NCBI GenBank assembly: GCA_951406725.2
Contig: OX597819.1
Coordinates: 25,068,001-25,316,000 of the forward strand
Direction of reading: 5' to 3'
Source: Octopus vulgaris
Lineage: Eukaryota
DNA length: 248,000 nt
A program made the position numbers and the translations under genes. Below, piece after piece: positions 199,260-213,554 of the stretch (its first letter is position 1; each line of letters begins with the position of its first letter). Under the pieces are notes generated by a model that searched no databases, was not told where the DNA came from, and worked only from the letters and a program-made list of their open reading frames with translations.

Positions 199260-200493
199260 CAGGGTACGTAAGGTATATGAGGAGATACCTTTTTTGGGTC
199301 ATTGCTGCATTGTTTCATAAAATAATAATGGCAGACCCTTAACTTACTCAAGAAATGAAGAGGCATGCTGTTATTGTTGTTATAAAGGCGGAGCATAGCG
199401 ATTTAGAAATATCTCGATATTTACAAGTTGCTAGATCTGTCGTCTATAAAGTTTGTAAGGAGCTAGAAGACTGAAGATGGAAACGCATCACCAGTATCAC
199501 AGCATAAAAAGCATTCTAAACGCTCTGAAATCATCTGAAGACATGAATTCATCCATTAAATTCAACAGACCATTGATTACAATCCTAGAAAGTCCATGAA
199601 GTCAATTGCAAAAGATCTCCATGTGCCAGAAGGAACAGTCAGAAATGTTGTCCACGAAGTCATCAGATATAAGTCTTATATGATGAGGAAAGGTCAATTT
199701 GTCAGAAAAAGCAAAAGAAAATCACTACATGAGATCTAAAAGGCTCTTAAACAAACTGAAAAATCCAGCGCAAGAAGATTTGATTTCGTTTTTCTCAAAT
199801 GAGAAAAACTTCGACCAAGATCAAAAAGTTAACAGAAGAAATGACAGATGGTTATGTGCAGACCCTTTTAAAGTTTCAAGTGTTATGCATACAAAATTTC
199901 CAGTCACTGTCATGGTTTTAGGAGTTGTCAGCAATGAAAGACATATGATACTACCTTATTTCTGTCTACAAGGCCTTAGAGTTAGCTCTGCCACCTATAT
200001 TGAGGTCATCGAAATAATTGTCAAGCCCTAGATAGTGTATGCAATGGAAGCCTAAAAGTGTTTTAGTAAGAGTCTGCACTATCACACATGGCTCTAGTAA
200101 CACAGGAATGGATGACCGAAAATTTTGATGATCCTATAACCCCTAACATTTGGCCTCCTAATTCCCCAGATCTCAATCCATTGGACTATTACATTTGGAG
200201 TATTACTGAGAGAGAGGTAAATGAACACGCCCAATAACACCAAAGATTCTTTGAAAGCTGCTATAGTCAAAGTAATGTCCAAAATGAACCGGAACCACTT
200301 GATCCGAGCATGTAGATGATTTAGATCTCATATAGAAGCAGTTGTTGAAGCTGAAGGTGGCTTTATTGAATAACATTACAAAGAAGAAGGTTTATTTTTA
200401 TCCTCATAGCATTTTTTAATAAATAAAGTTATCTCTTATAAGTTTTTTTTTTTTATAAGCATAAATCTGTCCTCAAATATATTACGCACTCTG
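199260..200493 (+). mobile_element. Degenerate Tc1/mariner (DD37D/maT-like) transposon
   Basis: FFSNEKNF, NRRNDRWL, VMVLGVVS, WPPNSPDLNPLDYYIW; imperfect TIRs with TA flanks. Related relics at about 166141-167020 and 189860-190200(-). Confidence 0.8.
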
Positions 200494-201652
200494 TATATAT
200501 ATAGGCGTAGGTGTGACTGTGATAAGAAGCTTTCTTCCCAACCACATGGTTCTGGGTTCAGTCCCATTGCGTGGCACCTTGAGCAAGTGTCTTCTACTAT
200601 AGCCTCGAGCCGACCAAAGGGTTGTAAGTGGATTTGGTTGACGGAAACTGAAAGAAGCTTGTCGTATATATGTATATATATATAATTCAATGGTACAACA
200701 GTGTAAGAGTTTGCTTTGAGATATACTTAGATTGTGATTTCTGCAATGTGCTGCATAAATTGTCAAGTAGATGAGAGGCATCTTTGCCTCCACAAATTCA
200801 GTTGCAAAGTGTTGAGTAAAGTTATTTGGTTGCAGACCTCATTTAAGTCTTTTTATTATCACTGGGTCACACATAGTCCCCAGATGGTAACATTGATTTC
200901 AAGGCCTTCCCAGATGAGTGACTGGTTATTCAAAGACATTTATAGATTGTAAATTTATTCTGTTCAGTTAAATTTCAGTATAGTGGTCCTTTGCAAACTC
201001 CAGATGTGACATTTTCATTTCACCTTAGCCCTCACGTCACACATTTGTTAATGTTTACCTCAGTTGGGTGACGCCCTAACAATTGCTATAGTTCCATAAT
201101 GCATCTTACAGCTGTGCCTGTCACCTGGATGGTGAGGAATCCTACATTGGGAGTGGTAACGACTAGGGTAGGGTAGCAGACTGCTTATTGTGATCATTCG
201201 TCTTTTGGTTCCCTGTAGCTTTGCTCTCTTTTACAAACCCAGTGAACATACATATATTTCCTATTTCAAAGAAATTCAAACAATAGATATAAGACCCAAG
201301 TTAAAAACATTCCCAAGAATTCAACTTCTCTGCTTGACATTAAGACACCCACCCCCAATAGGGGCCTTAACTCACACATTTTAGAGCTCCATGACCTCCA
201401 TTTTTCAGGATCAAAATCCTTTTAACGGGTTCTATAAAACTGGAATTTTGGAATCTGTACATAAAAATCAGTAGTATAGGATACATGTGTCGTGATTATT
201501 ATTTCTTTAGGGTGTGTTAAGAGGGAAAGAACCCTCGTCTGCAATTTTGATGAAATTCAAATCATAGCTATTCCAGTTCATTACAGAAAATATAACAGAA
201601 AAGTCTACTTCTTCAATTGCATGTAACACGGACAATGCCGGTATCTCTGCTA

Positions 201653-201688
<36 letters not shown>

Positions 201689-203417
201689 ATCCTTTTATTA
201701 ATTCATTTGTTTCAATCATTTGACTGCGGTCATGCTGGTGCACCGCATTCAAGTGTTTTTGTTGAACAATTCGACTCCAGGACTTATTTTAAGGCCTAGT
201801 ACTTGTTCTATCGGTCACTTTGCCGAATCGCTATGTTACGGGACGAAAAGACACCAACACCGGTTGTCAAGCGAAGTGGTGGTTGACAAATACACACACA
201901 CACACACACACACGACGAGCTTCTTTCAGCCAAATCCACTCACAAGGCTTTGGTCAGCCCGGGGGCTTCAGTAGAAGACACTTGCCCACGGCGCCTTGCA
202001 GTGGGGGTTGAACCCAGAACCATGTGGCTGGAAAGCAAGCGATGCGACGAACGACGGCTTCCACAGGGTCATAAACGATCCTTCGTCGGCTTCGACAATG
202101 AATATATCTCGTCGGCTGACCCACTGAGCTACTTACTCATTAAATGAACGTGTAAACGACTGAGTATCTGGCCATGAGTACACACCTACTTATATACTCT
202201 ACTAGCAGTATCGCCCGGCGTTGCTCGGGTTTGTAAGGGAAATAACTATATAAGCATTTTTAGAGAGTTATAGCCAAAAAATAGCAAAAAAATGCGTTAA
202301 AAATGGAAAAAAATGATGGTAAATTTTTTTAAAAGTCGTTGACTCATCGTAGACATTTTTAGAGAGTTACTTCCCTTATATAATAGCGAAAAAAATGCAT
202401 TAAAATGGAAAAAAATGAAGGTAAATTTTTTTTTTAAATCGTAGACTCATCGTAGACGCGCGCTAATACCCAGAAGGACTCGATATGAATCACGACTATA
202501 AGATACCCGGTTTTGGTTAAACTGTACCGCAAAATGTGGGAGTAGTTAGGAATCTAAATCGTAGGAGACTGACACACAACTTCACTTTTATATATAAAGA
202601 TATATTTCTTGTGTGCATATGAAAACCTGCGTACATATTTGTGCGCTCGCGCGTGTGCATGTGTGAGTATGTGTGTGCATGTAGGTAATTTAACAACTGT
202701 CTTTTTTTCTTAAAATATATTTTTAACGTTATTGATTCCTGGTTAGGTTTGAGGAACTTAATATTTCTTCCACAAAGCCTTTTCTAATCCATTTCTATTA
202801 AAAAAAGGTAGATTCATAAAAGCATTTGTATTGATTTTCATTATGGACACGTGTTCTTTTAATATAAGTTCACAGGCAGTATCAGCATCAAGGTGGAATT
202901 ATATGGTTTATAGGTAGAATCTAATCAATGTGCTTCCATAAGTTTTCATGAACTCGATTTCACTGTCAGGGATTCGGTCGGATCAAATCTGTGAGAAAAG
203001 GCAGCTGTTTATGATGCTGCACTGCAGGATCGAACCTGTAACTTTATGATTGCAAAGTGAAGTTATTCACCACGCAGCCATGTCTGCAATCGTAAGGTTT
203101 GGTAAAGGTAATTATTGCGTGACCTTATCAGAGAGAAGAGGGGTGGGGAGGAGAGAAGGGGAGGAAGAGGATGATGAAGACGAGGAAGAGAATGAAGAGG
203201 AGAGGAAAGATAAGGAGGAGAAGGATGACGAGGAGATGAAGGAGGAGGAGGAGGAGGAGGAGGAGAAGAAAATGAAGGAAAGTCTTGTGTAGAATTGTCT
203301 CTACACATTGTAGAGTAGTAGCAATATTTAATGCACACACACGCATATATATATATGTAGAGAGAGATAGAGAGTTAGATAGATAGAGAGAGATGGATAG
203401 ATAGATAGGTCGGTAGG

Positions 203418-203454
<37 letters not shown>

Positions 203455-205003
203455 CGTTAAATGCAACTACTCTTTGTGCACTTCTGTCGCTCTCTCCGAC
203501 GAAGGATCAAACCCGAAACGTCAGATTCCGCCTGTCTCCTCATATCATAGAAACATATCGACACGCATGAATATCCATCTATATAAATGTGTGTGTGTGT
203601 GTGTTTGTAAGTGTGTGTATCTGCGTGTGTGTGCATGTGTGTAGTGCATGTGCATGTATGTGCTGAATATATCTATCCTCGTGAGACACTGAATGCTGTG
203701 GTTGATCGTCGATTCAAGCTATTGCTGATAATAACAATGTGACCCTTAACAAATACCTAGATGAATGATGAATAAAAAAATTACGCTTGTTTTCTATAAT
203801 GGCGACATCTGTAACTGCAGTGAAGCAGGTTATATAATACTTAAACTATTGTGACTCAATGTTCTAAGTAAACATTACTTAAATAAACATCTACTATGAT
203901 AGACAATACGACAAGCTGTGTCTGCTCGGTGACAACTACAACGGCAACCGTTTCTTTTGAACTTGCTGATTGTAAAACAATCAACCGTTTCTTTTGAACT
204001 TGCTGATTGTAAAACATTTATGACCCTGTGGAAGTCGTCGTTCGTCGCATCGCTTGCTTTCCAGCCACATGTTTCCGGGTTCAAGCCCCACTGCAAGGCG
204101 CCGTGAGTAAGTGTCTTCTACTGAAGCCTCCGGGCTGACCAAAGCGGGGGCTGAAAAGTTCCTGGTTTTAAGGGTGTCGCGAAAGGCCTGGCTGGAGGCC
204201 CAAACTTCCAAGTTCTTTTACAGGGCTTAGAAAAATTGAAGGACTACTGCAGAAAGTGTGTGAGTCTGAGAGGGGAATATGTTGAGTGAAATCGTAATTA
204301 ACTGATCCTTCTCTATTCTCTTTTACTCAAAGCCAAGAACTTTTCAGCAACCCTTCGTAAAACTATGAATAAGATAACCTTTTGGGGGGGACACTTGACA
204401 AGCTGGAAACAACAGCCAAATATTATGTCACACAATTTCATGTTACCATCATAAAACAGGAAGGACACGTCGGATGATAGTCATAAAGTACACAATAGTA
204501 ATAAGCGAAAAAACACACACAAACAAAAGAGACGTGAAGACTTTGACTGGAGCGTCTTTGATCATAGGATCTGCTTGTTTGATAAGGGCTACACAACAAC
204601 AACAACAAAAACAGAAACAACAACAACATTGACAACACCGATAAAAATAACTGCAACAATAACAACTACAATAATCCCTCGTCGTATCTCGGTTCATCTA
204701 TCGAGGTCCGCGTATTACGGTTCACTGATCGTGGTTTATTATCTAAGCTTACGTCGAATCCTCCTTGGTGTTATTTTGCCTTTATAATATTTATAAATAT
204801 ATACCAATTATTAAAAAAATATATATATATATGCAGTATAGGCGCAGGAGTGGCTGTGTGGCAAGTAGCTTGCTTACCAACCACATGGTTCCGGGTTCAT
204901 TCCCACTCCGTGTCAACTTGGGCAGCTGTTTTCTACTATAGCATCGGGCCGACCAAAGTCTTGTGAGTGGATTTGGTAGACGGAAACTGAAAGAAGCCCG
205001 TCG

Positions 205004-205040
<37 letters not shown>

Positions 205041-205497
205041 GTGTGTCTGTGTTTGTCTTCCCAACATCGCTTGACAACCGATGCTGGTGTATTTTCGTCC
205101 TCATCACTTAGCGGTTCGGCAAAGGAGACCGATAGAAGAAGTTCTAGGCTTACAAAGACTAAGTCCTGGGGTCGATTTGCTCGACTAAAGGCCGTGCTCC
205201 AGCATGGCCGCAGTCAAATGACCGAAACAAGTAAAAGTGTAAAGAGTAGTGTTTTTACTTCGCAGATCTTCATCTATCGCGGGTTGAAGGGGGTTGGAAC
205301 GTAACTACAACGATAGCCGAGGGATTACTGTACACTGTAACACAGCAACACCGACAATAACCACAGCAACAACTGTAACAACTACAACAACTACAACAAT
205401 AACTACAAGAACATAAACAACAACAACAACACTAACAAACGTGTGAATTTCACATGAATTTCTGATTCATTTATGCCTAGAGTGAGTTTGGTCAGTA

Positions 205498-205917
205498 AGC
205501 GGCGGTGGAGGCAGCGGTTTTGGCGGCAGCGGCGGTGGCACCAGCGGTGGTGGAGGCAGCGGTGATGGCGGCAGCGGCGGTGGAGGCAGCGGTGGTGGAG
205601 GCAGCGGCGGTGGAGGCAGCGGCGGTGGAGGCAGCGGCGGTGGAGGCAGCGGCGGTGGAGGCAGCGGCGGTGGAGCGGCGGTGGAGGCAGCGGTGTTGGC
205701 GGCAGCGGTGGTGGGGGCAGCGGCGGTGGAGGCAGTGGTGGTGGCGGCAGCGGCGGTGGTGGCGGTGGAGGCAGCGGTCGTGGCAGTGGCGGTGGAGGCA
205801 GCGGTGGTGGCGGCAGCGGCGGTGGTGGCAGCGGAGGTGGAAGAAGCGGTGGTGGGAGTGGCGGCGGTGGTGGCAGTGGTTTTGGAGGCAGCGGTGGTGG
205901 TGGCGGCAGTAGTAGCA
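205498..205917 (+). repeat. GC-rich 15-bp-periodic repeat translating to (GGGGS)n
   Basis: ggc ggt gga ggc agc units; one frameshift near 205675. Confidence 0.9.
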
Positions 205918-206456
205918 AAACAACGACACCTATACCCGACAGAGCAATGAACACCACAGTTCCCTTTTAACCCCTAAAGCAACAGGGTTTTCATAGCCGG
206001 CACGTACACCTTTGATGAAAAGTTTGCTCGGGCAAAGTGGAGCTGGGGCAATACAACAACATGTGCACAAAAAACCAATTAAGTTTGTACTAAAATATCT
206101 AAAGAAAAAGGTAAAGAGTCAAAAGATTGCACCTAGAAAGTTCCCCTCCGAAGTACAAGTCTGAGCAAGGTTGTTTTGTGGAAGACCAGCAGCCACCCCT
206201 GCATACCAGCCTCTCTCCACGCCACCGATGTTATCAATGGAAAAGGCAAAGACCGATACAGCTTGGCACCCGTGACATCACAACTCATTTCTAGAGCCGA
206301 ATGAGCTGGAGCAACGTGAAATAAAGCGTCTTACTCAAAAACAGAACACAGAACCCGGTCCAGGTATCGAACTTACTACTTCATGATTGTGACCCCAACA
206401 CCTTATTTAAAATAGCATTATATATATACATACATACATACATATGTGTGTGTGTG

Positions 206457-206528
<72 letters not shown>

Positions 206529-206556
206529 AAAAAAGCAACAAGAATGGATTAAAATC

Positions 206557-206640
206557 TCGGTACGATCGTTTCGTACGAGGACATCTTTAATAAGCTACAA
206601 AAAATGCAGTGAATACAGATGGCTCGTACTCGTCAGCCGA
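206557..206640 (-). ncRNA. Type I hammerhead ribozyme, inverted identical copy of 207914-207997
   Basis: Reverse complement reads TCGG CTGACGA GTACGAG...CTCGTAC GAAA C GATC GTA CCGA. Confidence 0.85.
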
Positions 206641-207913
206641 AAAAAATATCAGAGAATTCCCAAACATCAAAAGGGGTAGATACAAAAGAGGTTGTAAGAT
206701 TAACTGCATTGAAGAAAGTTCGATTCATGGAGATCCGATGAAAGGTTTTAAACCTATAGAATTTATGCATGTCTACATATAGCTCATATTGAATATTTGA
206801 TCAAGTTGTATGAAGAAATTTTCGGATACAGTCATGCAAAATTTCTGAAAATCCGAGTAAGAGGCAAAGTGACTGCCACATCATGTAGAGGAAAGTCTGA
206901 GTAAAAACATAGTGACTGTCATATCGTGTAGAGGAACAGATTGTTATTGAAATTTACAAGAATCGCAGATAAGTTCGATTTTTTGGAGATCTGATGAAAA
207001 GGTCTTGAACTTACAAAATTTGTGTATGTCCTTATAGTTCGTAATCCAGTTTTGTGGAGAGATTTAGGGTACAATCATGCGAAAATATCAGGGAGTCCGA
207101 ATGAGAAGCAAAAATGACAGTCTTATATTGTAGTGGTTCAGGTAGTTAATGAAATTTTCAAGAATCACAGAAAGAGGAGGAAGGGGGTAGGAATTTAATC
207201 AGTTACTGCTATTTAAGCTGTCAAAGAGAAAGGAAAGGGGAAGCTAAGGGGATGGGCACAATTTGATACTGACAAAAAAGTCTAAGTTTGTTTGGAACAA
207301 ATTCGAACTGAGGTCAACAATTTATTTCTTTATTTATAAATGTTACTATTAATAGATTGTCAGGTTACAAAGAGGTCATTAGAAAGGAAAGAAAAATGGG
207401 GTTGTTATTAAATGAAATTAAACTATTATATTATTATTATACTAAACTATAATACATACATAATGTTATTAAATGAAATTAAACAATTATATTAATATTA
207501 TACTAAACTATAATACATTACACTATATTATATTATATTATTTTGATATATTCCATCACAATACACTACGATAGGTCTGGTATTAGCAGAATTAATTTTT
207601 AAAAGTTTAAAAGAAATTAAGAGAATTAACTAACTAATATTTGTAATGGGATAAAAAATAGACTAAGAAATGGAGATAAAAATAGAGCAAAATTTAATTT
207701 ATTAATAATATGGTCCAATAGAAATAAATCAAATAATTTAAGTCAATAAGTATTAAATAGTACCATCAGAGAGAGAAAAATTATAATCATAGCTAGTTAG
207801 AACTTATCTTTCCAGTTAAATATATAATATACTATGTAGGAGTGATATGTAAGTCAAAATGAATTTTATGTAAAATAATTCCAGTATACAGTTATCAATT
207901 GAGATATATTTTT

Positions 207914-207997
207914 TCGGCTGACGAGTACGAGCCATCTGTATTCACTGCATTTTTTGTAGCTTATTAAAGATGTCCTCGTACGAAACGATCGTACCGA
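207914..207997 (+). ncRNA. Type I hammerhead ribozyme, canonical core
   Basis: Stem I TCGG/CCGA; CTGACGA; stem II GTACGAG/CTCGTAC; GAAA; stem III C-GATC-G; GTA cleavage triplet (cut after 207993). Confidence 0.85.
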
Positions 207998-208146
207998 GAT
208001 TTTAATCCATTCTTGTTGCTTTTTTCCTATTTATAATCACCCCACTTGTCGTATGGTTAACACCATATAGATATCCGGTGCATCCTAGTTAAGGACCATA
208101 TTCATGTGAATTCTTTAGAATTCACTAGAATCTCAATTACTTAACC

Positions 208147-208195
<49 letters not shown>

Positions 208196-209258
208196 TAATA
208201 AGAAAAAGGCAATATTAGCCCATTAATATCATCTTAATCTTATCGGCAAGGCTCTCATGCAGATATCTCGGGGTAAGTTTTGGTTTGAGTGGCTCTGTGA
208301 ATCTTCAACTTTACTGGGCTTACAACAGCAATGATGAGAGAATTACTAGGTAGGTATACAATAAAGTGCACTAATAGGCGTAGGAAATTAACAGCATATA
208401 CAAAAATAAATTGAGGTTCATTTATTCATTAGTGAGAAATTACATCTATTTGTTAACGTAGTACAGTGAATTAAATGAAAGTTTCCAGTTGTAAGGGAGA
208501 TAACTCTCATGACACTATTAATAACGAGATGTTATCGTTCAGACAACGTCACAAATTTATGAAGTCTGCAGTGAAAGATTTAACGATTGTAACCTTTAGA
208601 ATTCAGATTACTCCGTCAAAAGTAATACTTATCTATTCACATTATTTTGAATAGTTCATTCATTATTTTGTAACGTCGACATTTTGATGATATGATTGTA
208701 TATTTTTAGAATGACATTGTAGGACAGGTATGCGAAGCTACATCTGGCCAGTTTGAACATGAAGCAGGTAGAATACTTGGGCCAGATGTGGCCGATTTAA
208801 GCACAAATGGGTTACATTTAGAAAACGTTTGGTACTGACCCAGGCCACATAATCGATCCTTGTAGGAATAAAGAATAGAAAAATATGAACGGAACCCTTG
208901 AAAACATAGTCGGACAACACTAAGAATGTACATAAGAATATACGTTTGAAATTTGGTTTTCTGCTCACCCGTTTTTTTTTTTTTTTTTTACCACAAGCCA
209001 CATTGCGGTTAAAGGACATGCTAGAAGTAGCAGCTAAGCCTGTTCAGATCACTCTCCACTACTTTCAAAATATGAAGGACACTGTATAATATAATTGCTG
209101 TAATTCACTTCGAGATGCAAAAATTGTTAGTATAACAATAATTTATAACTGTGGAAATAGACACGAAATTTGGTGGTCGTAGGTTCGATCTATCCTTGCA
209201 TATAAAAGCTAGGAAATGTATGGATACTCTACCAATTTTGCATAACCACTGACTTTTT

Positions 209259-209301
<43 letters not shown>

Positions 209302-209430
209302 GCTACCACCACCACCACCACCACCACCACCACCACCACCACCACCACCACCACCACCACCACCACCACCACCACCACCACCACCACCACCACCACCACC
209401 ACCACCACCACCACCACCACCACCACCACC

Positions 209431-209487
<57 letters not shown>

Positions 209488-209629
209488 GCTACTACTACTA
209501 CTACTTCAGAGTAGGCCCATTCACACGATCCATTTTTCTCAATATTCATCCACCTTGCAACAAAATTCCTGGAGGGCAGTACTTCTATCTCTACCCTCAC
209601 TTTCCTTTTCAAGTGGGACTTAAAAAAGT

Positions 209630-210610
209630 CGATGAGGGCTCCGCCGAAGTGGAAAGTGTCTGTCTACAGTCCTTTCAGCCTCGTCTACCACACTACCTCT
209701 TTCGTTATAGCCACTAGGCAGAGGAAAATTGCCTTTCTCTCCCGGCCAAAAGAAGGCGGCGCGGCGATACTCCCAATGGATTCAGTTGACAACCGGATCC
209801 ATCCTACACGTGACAACAGCTGTTCGACAAAGCTCCACAAGTCAGTAACGCACGGACACTGGACGAGTGCATGCAGGACGGTTTCATCGCCCTACGTACA
209901 TCTCGGACAGGTCCATCTGAAAGCACTTCCATGTCTATAGAGCTTTCTCGAACCGGTAGAGCTCTCCGGTAGTATTGCCAGGCCAGTGATTTCTGGAACT
210001 TATCCATAGGCCCTGGCCCTAAAGTCCTCTGGAAAAGACCAGTCAATTGATCCCTCTCGACACCCAGAATTTCCCCGAATACATCGTCACTCTTTCCCTC
210101 TACTAATCCCCTATAGAACTCTATAGTAGAACTTCTACTGATCGCGTTGCTCGACTGGCAGAAGGCTGTGAGCGCTGGCCGACACTCTAGTTGCTAAGCG
210201 CCCTTTCTTGATCTGCGCTTGAACCAGGACTGCAACTCCGTCAGTGAGACGAGCTGCAGAAAGTCCCGTTTGACGAACGGCAACGGTACTTGCTCACCGT
210301 TAAGGAAACGCTGGAGATGACCAAGCCTCAGCGCATGTCTGCATATCCTTAGCCATGGCATGCCCAGTGCTCCACTTAACGGCTGTTGACAGCAGATGGA
210401 CCGCCTGACGAGCGGAACATGTCCCTTCCATAGGAAGTGGAGGAGCAAGCGCTCCAACTTTATCAGGCACGAAGTGGTGTAAAGGACGACGGTCAGGTGG
210501 TAGAAGATGACGGAAGCGATGTACGCATTCGCCACCTCCACTCGTCCTTTCAGGGACAGGCTCCTCTCTGCCCATTTCTGGGTGAGATTGGCTACCTCCA
210601 CCTAGTTCTA
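209630..210610 (-). mobile_element. Tx1/L1-clade LINE C-terminal fragment
   Basis: WAERSLSLKGRVEVAN...LERLLLHFLWKG...GALGMP, the typical post-RT region. Confidence 0.75.
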
Positions 210611-211640
210611 GTCCACCTCCAGGTGGACTAGAACAAATTCGCCGGGAAGGACGCGTTCAGCTTCCAATATCCTGGGCCCCGTCTATGGATCCGACGACTT
210701 TGAAATGTGGATAACTTATACTACTTCTATCTACATCTGGAAATCCTCTTTAGGCTTGCCCATGTTCACATTGGCTCATTTGGGAAATCCGGTGGGTACC
210801 TGTTAGCCAACTGGAAGTGACTGATCAGGCTGGCGAAGCTTTTACTCCCCCTCTCAGCTAATTCCACTCTATACAGGCGTGCGCCAAGATGGCGTTCCAG
210901 TCATTCACTAACATTAAAGAGCGTGATGTCCCAAGAGAAACCTCCAAACGTCTGAAGAAATCTGGCTGCCCCACCCCGTGGGACGTAAACAGCGACTAGT
211001 CTAAAGGCATCACATTCACTGTCGCTCACGTCCAGGACCACCAACTTACTCCCCAGGTCCAGGAACTTTGGAGGCAGGGGGTTCGTAGATTACATCGACC
211101 GCAATAAGGATGAAAAACAAAGTCGACCTTGGCGGCATTTGAACCTTCGTTCTTTCGGGCGTAAAAATAAAAATAAAAATAAAAATAAATTTTATATATG
211201 GAGCGGGGGCTAGTCAATTATATCGGTTTCAGTGTTCGACTGGTAATTATTTTATCGACCCTGAAAGGGTTGAAACAAAAATCGACGTCCGCGGATTTGG
211301 AACTCAGTACTTAAAGACGGACGAAATGCCGCTTAGCATTTTATTTTGCCAGCTCGCCGCCTTTTTGCACGAGGCCAGCAATTTTGGGGGAAGTGTTAAG
211401 TCGGTTACATCGATCCTAGTATACAACTAGTACTTATTTTATTGATGAAAAACAAAGTTGACCTCGACAGAATTTGAACTCAGAACATAGAGACGGACGA
211501 AATGACGCTAAGCATTTTTCTCGGCGTGCCAACGATTCTGCCAGCTCGCCGCTCTCAAGGAAATAAAAATAAGAATGATTGTGTGTATATATGACATACA
211601 TACATACATGCATACATGCATACATACATACATACATACA

Positions 211641-211674
<34 letters not shown>

Positions 211675-212057
211675 CATACATCCATCCATCCATACATACA
211701 TCCATACATACATACATACATACATACATACATACATACATACATACATACATACATACAAATATATTTAAGTTCGTATGTATGTATACATGTATGGATA
211801 TATATATGAATATATATGTACATATATATAGAAAAATATATGTATGTATGTATGTATCTATCTATCTATATATGCATATACATACACACATACATATATA
211901 CATACATACATACATCCATACATACATACATACATACGTACGTACCTACGTACATACATACACACAAACATACATTTGCACATACATACATACATACATA
212001 CATGAATACATGCATACATACATCATACATACATACATACATACATACATACATACA

Positions 212058-212091
<34 letters not shown>

Positions 212092-212206
212092 CAGACATAT
212101 ATACAAATATATTTAAGTTCGTATGTATGTATACATGTATGGATATATATATATGAATATATATGTACATATAAATAGAAAAATATATGTATGTATGTAT
212201 GTATCC

Positions 212207-212260
<54 letters not shown>

Positions 212261-212533
212261 ATATATATATCTATCTATCTATATACGCATATACATACAC
212301 ACACATATACATACATACATACATACATACATACATACATACATACATACATACATACGTACGTACGTACCTACCTACCTACCTACCTACGTACATACAT
212401 ACACACAAACATACATTTGCACATACATACATGCATACATGCATACATACATACATACATACATCATACATACATACGTATATACATACATATATACAAA
212501 TATATTTAAGTTCGTATGTATGTATACATGTAT

Positions 212534-212578
<45 letters not shown>

Positions 212579-213265
212579 TATATATGTACATATATATAGA
212601 AAAATATATGTATGTATGTATGTATGTATGTATCTATCTATCTATCTATATACGCATATACATACACACACATACATACATACACACACACATGCATACA
212701 TACATACATACACACACATACATACATACATACATACATATACACATATACACATATATACATACACACATACAAACATACATACATACACACATACATA
212801 CATACACACACATACATACATACATACACACATACATACATACATACATACATACATACATACATACATACATACATACATACATACATCCATCCATCCA
212901 TCCATCCATCCATCCATCCATACATACATACCTACATACATACATACATACACACTTGCATACATACATACATACATACATACATACACACACACATACA
213001 TACATACATACATACATACATACATACACAGATACATCCATCCATCCATCCATCCATCCATCCATCCATCCATACATACATACATACATACATACATTCA
213101 TACATACATACATACATGTATAATCCAACAATAATAGACGTCACTCATAAGCAAGTATGCTTTGGTACTATGGTCTGTCTCTCTAAATGTCTTAAGGCCC
213201 AAATGTAGTCACGAATAGAAATATTCTTATTACCCTTGACCTAGCGGAACATCAAGGAGGCGTAG

Positions 213266-213497
213266 AGGCGGCGAGCTGGCAGAAACGTTAGCACACCGGG
213301 CGAAATGCTTTGCGGTATTGCGTCTGTCGTTGCGTTCTGAGTTCAAATTCCGCCGAGGTCGACTTTGCCTTTCATCCTTTCGGGGTCGATAAATTAAGTA
213401 CCAGTTACGCACTGGGGTCGATATAATCGACTTAATCCGTTTGTCTGTCCTTGTTTGTCCCTTCTATGTTTAGCCCCTTGTGGGCAATAAAGAAACA
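213266..213497 (+). mobile_element. SINE family B carrying a Nin/Deu-type conserved core
   Basis: GGCGGCGAGCTGGCAGAAACGTTAGC head; core GCCTTTCATCCTTTCGGGGTCGATAAATTAAGTACCAG. Many copies, e.g. near 4.3, 4.7, 14.1, 35.2, 68.0, 104.1, 105.8(-), 110.9(-), 142.6 and 192.5 kb. Confidence 0.8.
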
Positions 213498-213508
213498 GAT
213501 AATACATA

Positions 213509-213554
<46 letters not shown>

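Noticed and set aside
203493-203525. Penelope-type hammerhead CCGACGAAGG...CCGAAACGTC as a functional feature
   Set aside because: The invariant U4 is replaced by C. Counted only as a degenerate family member, as is 166062-166118 (C3 to G).
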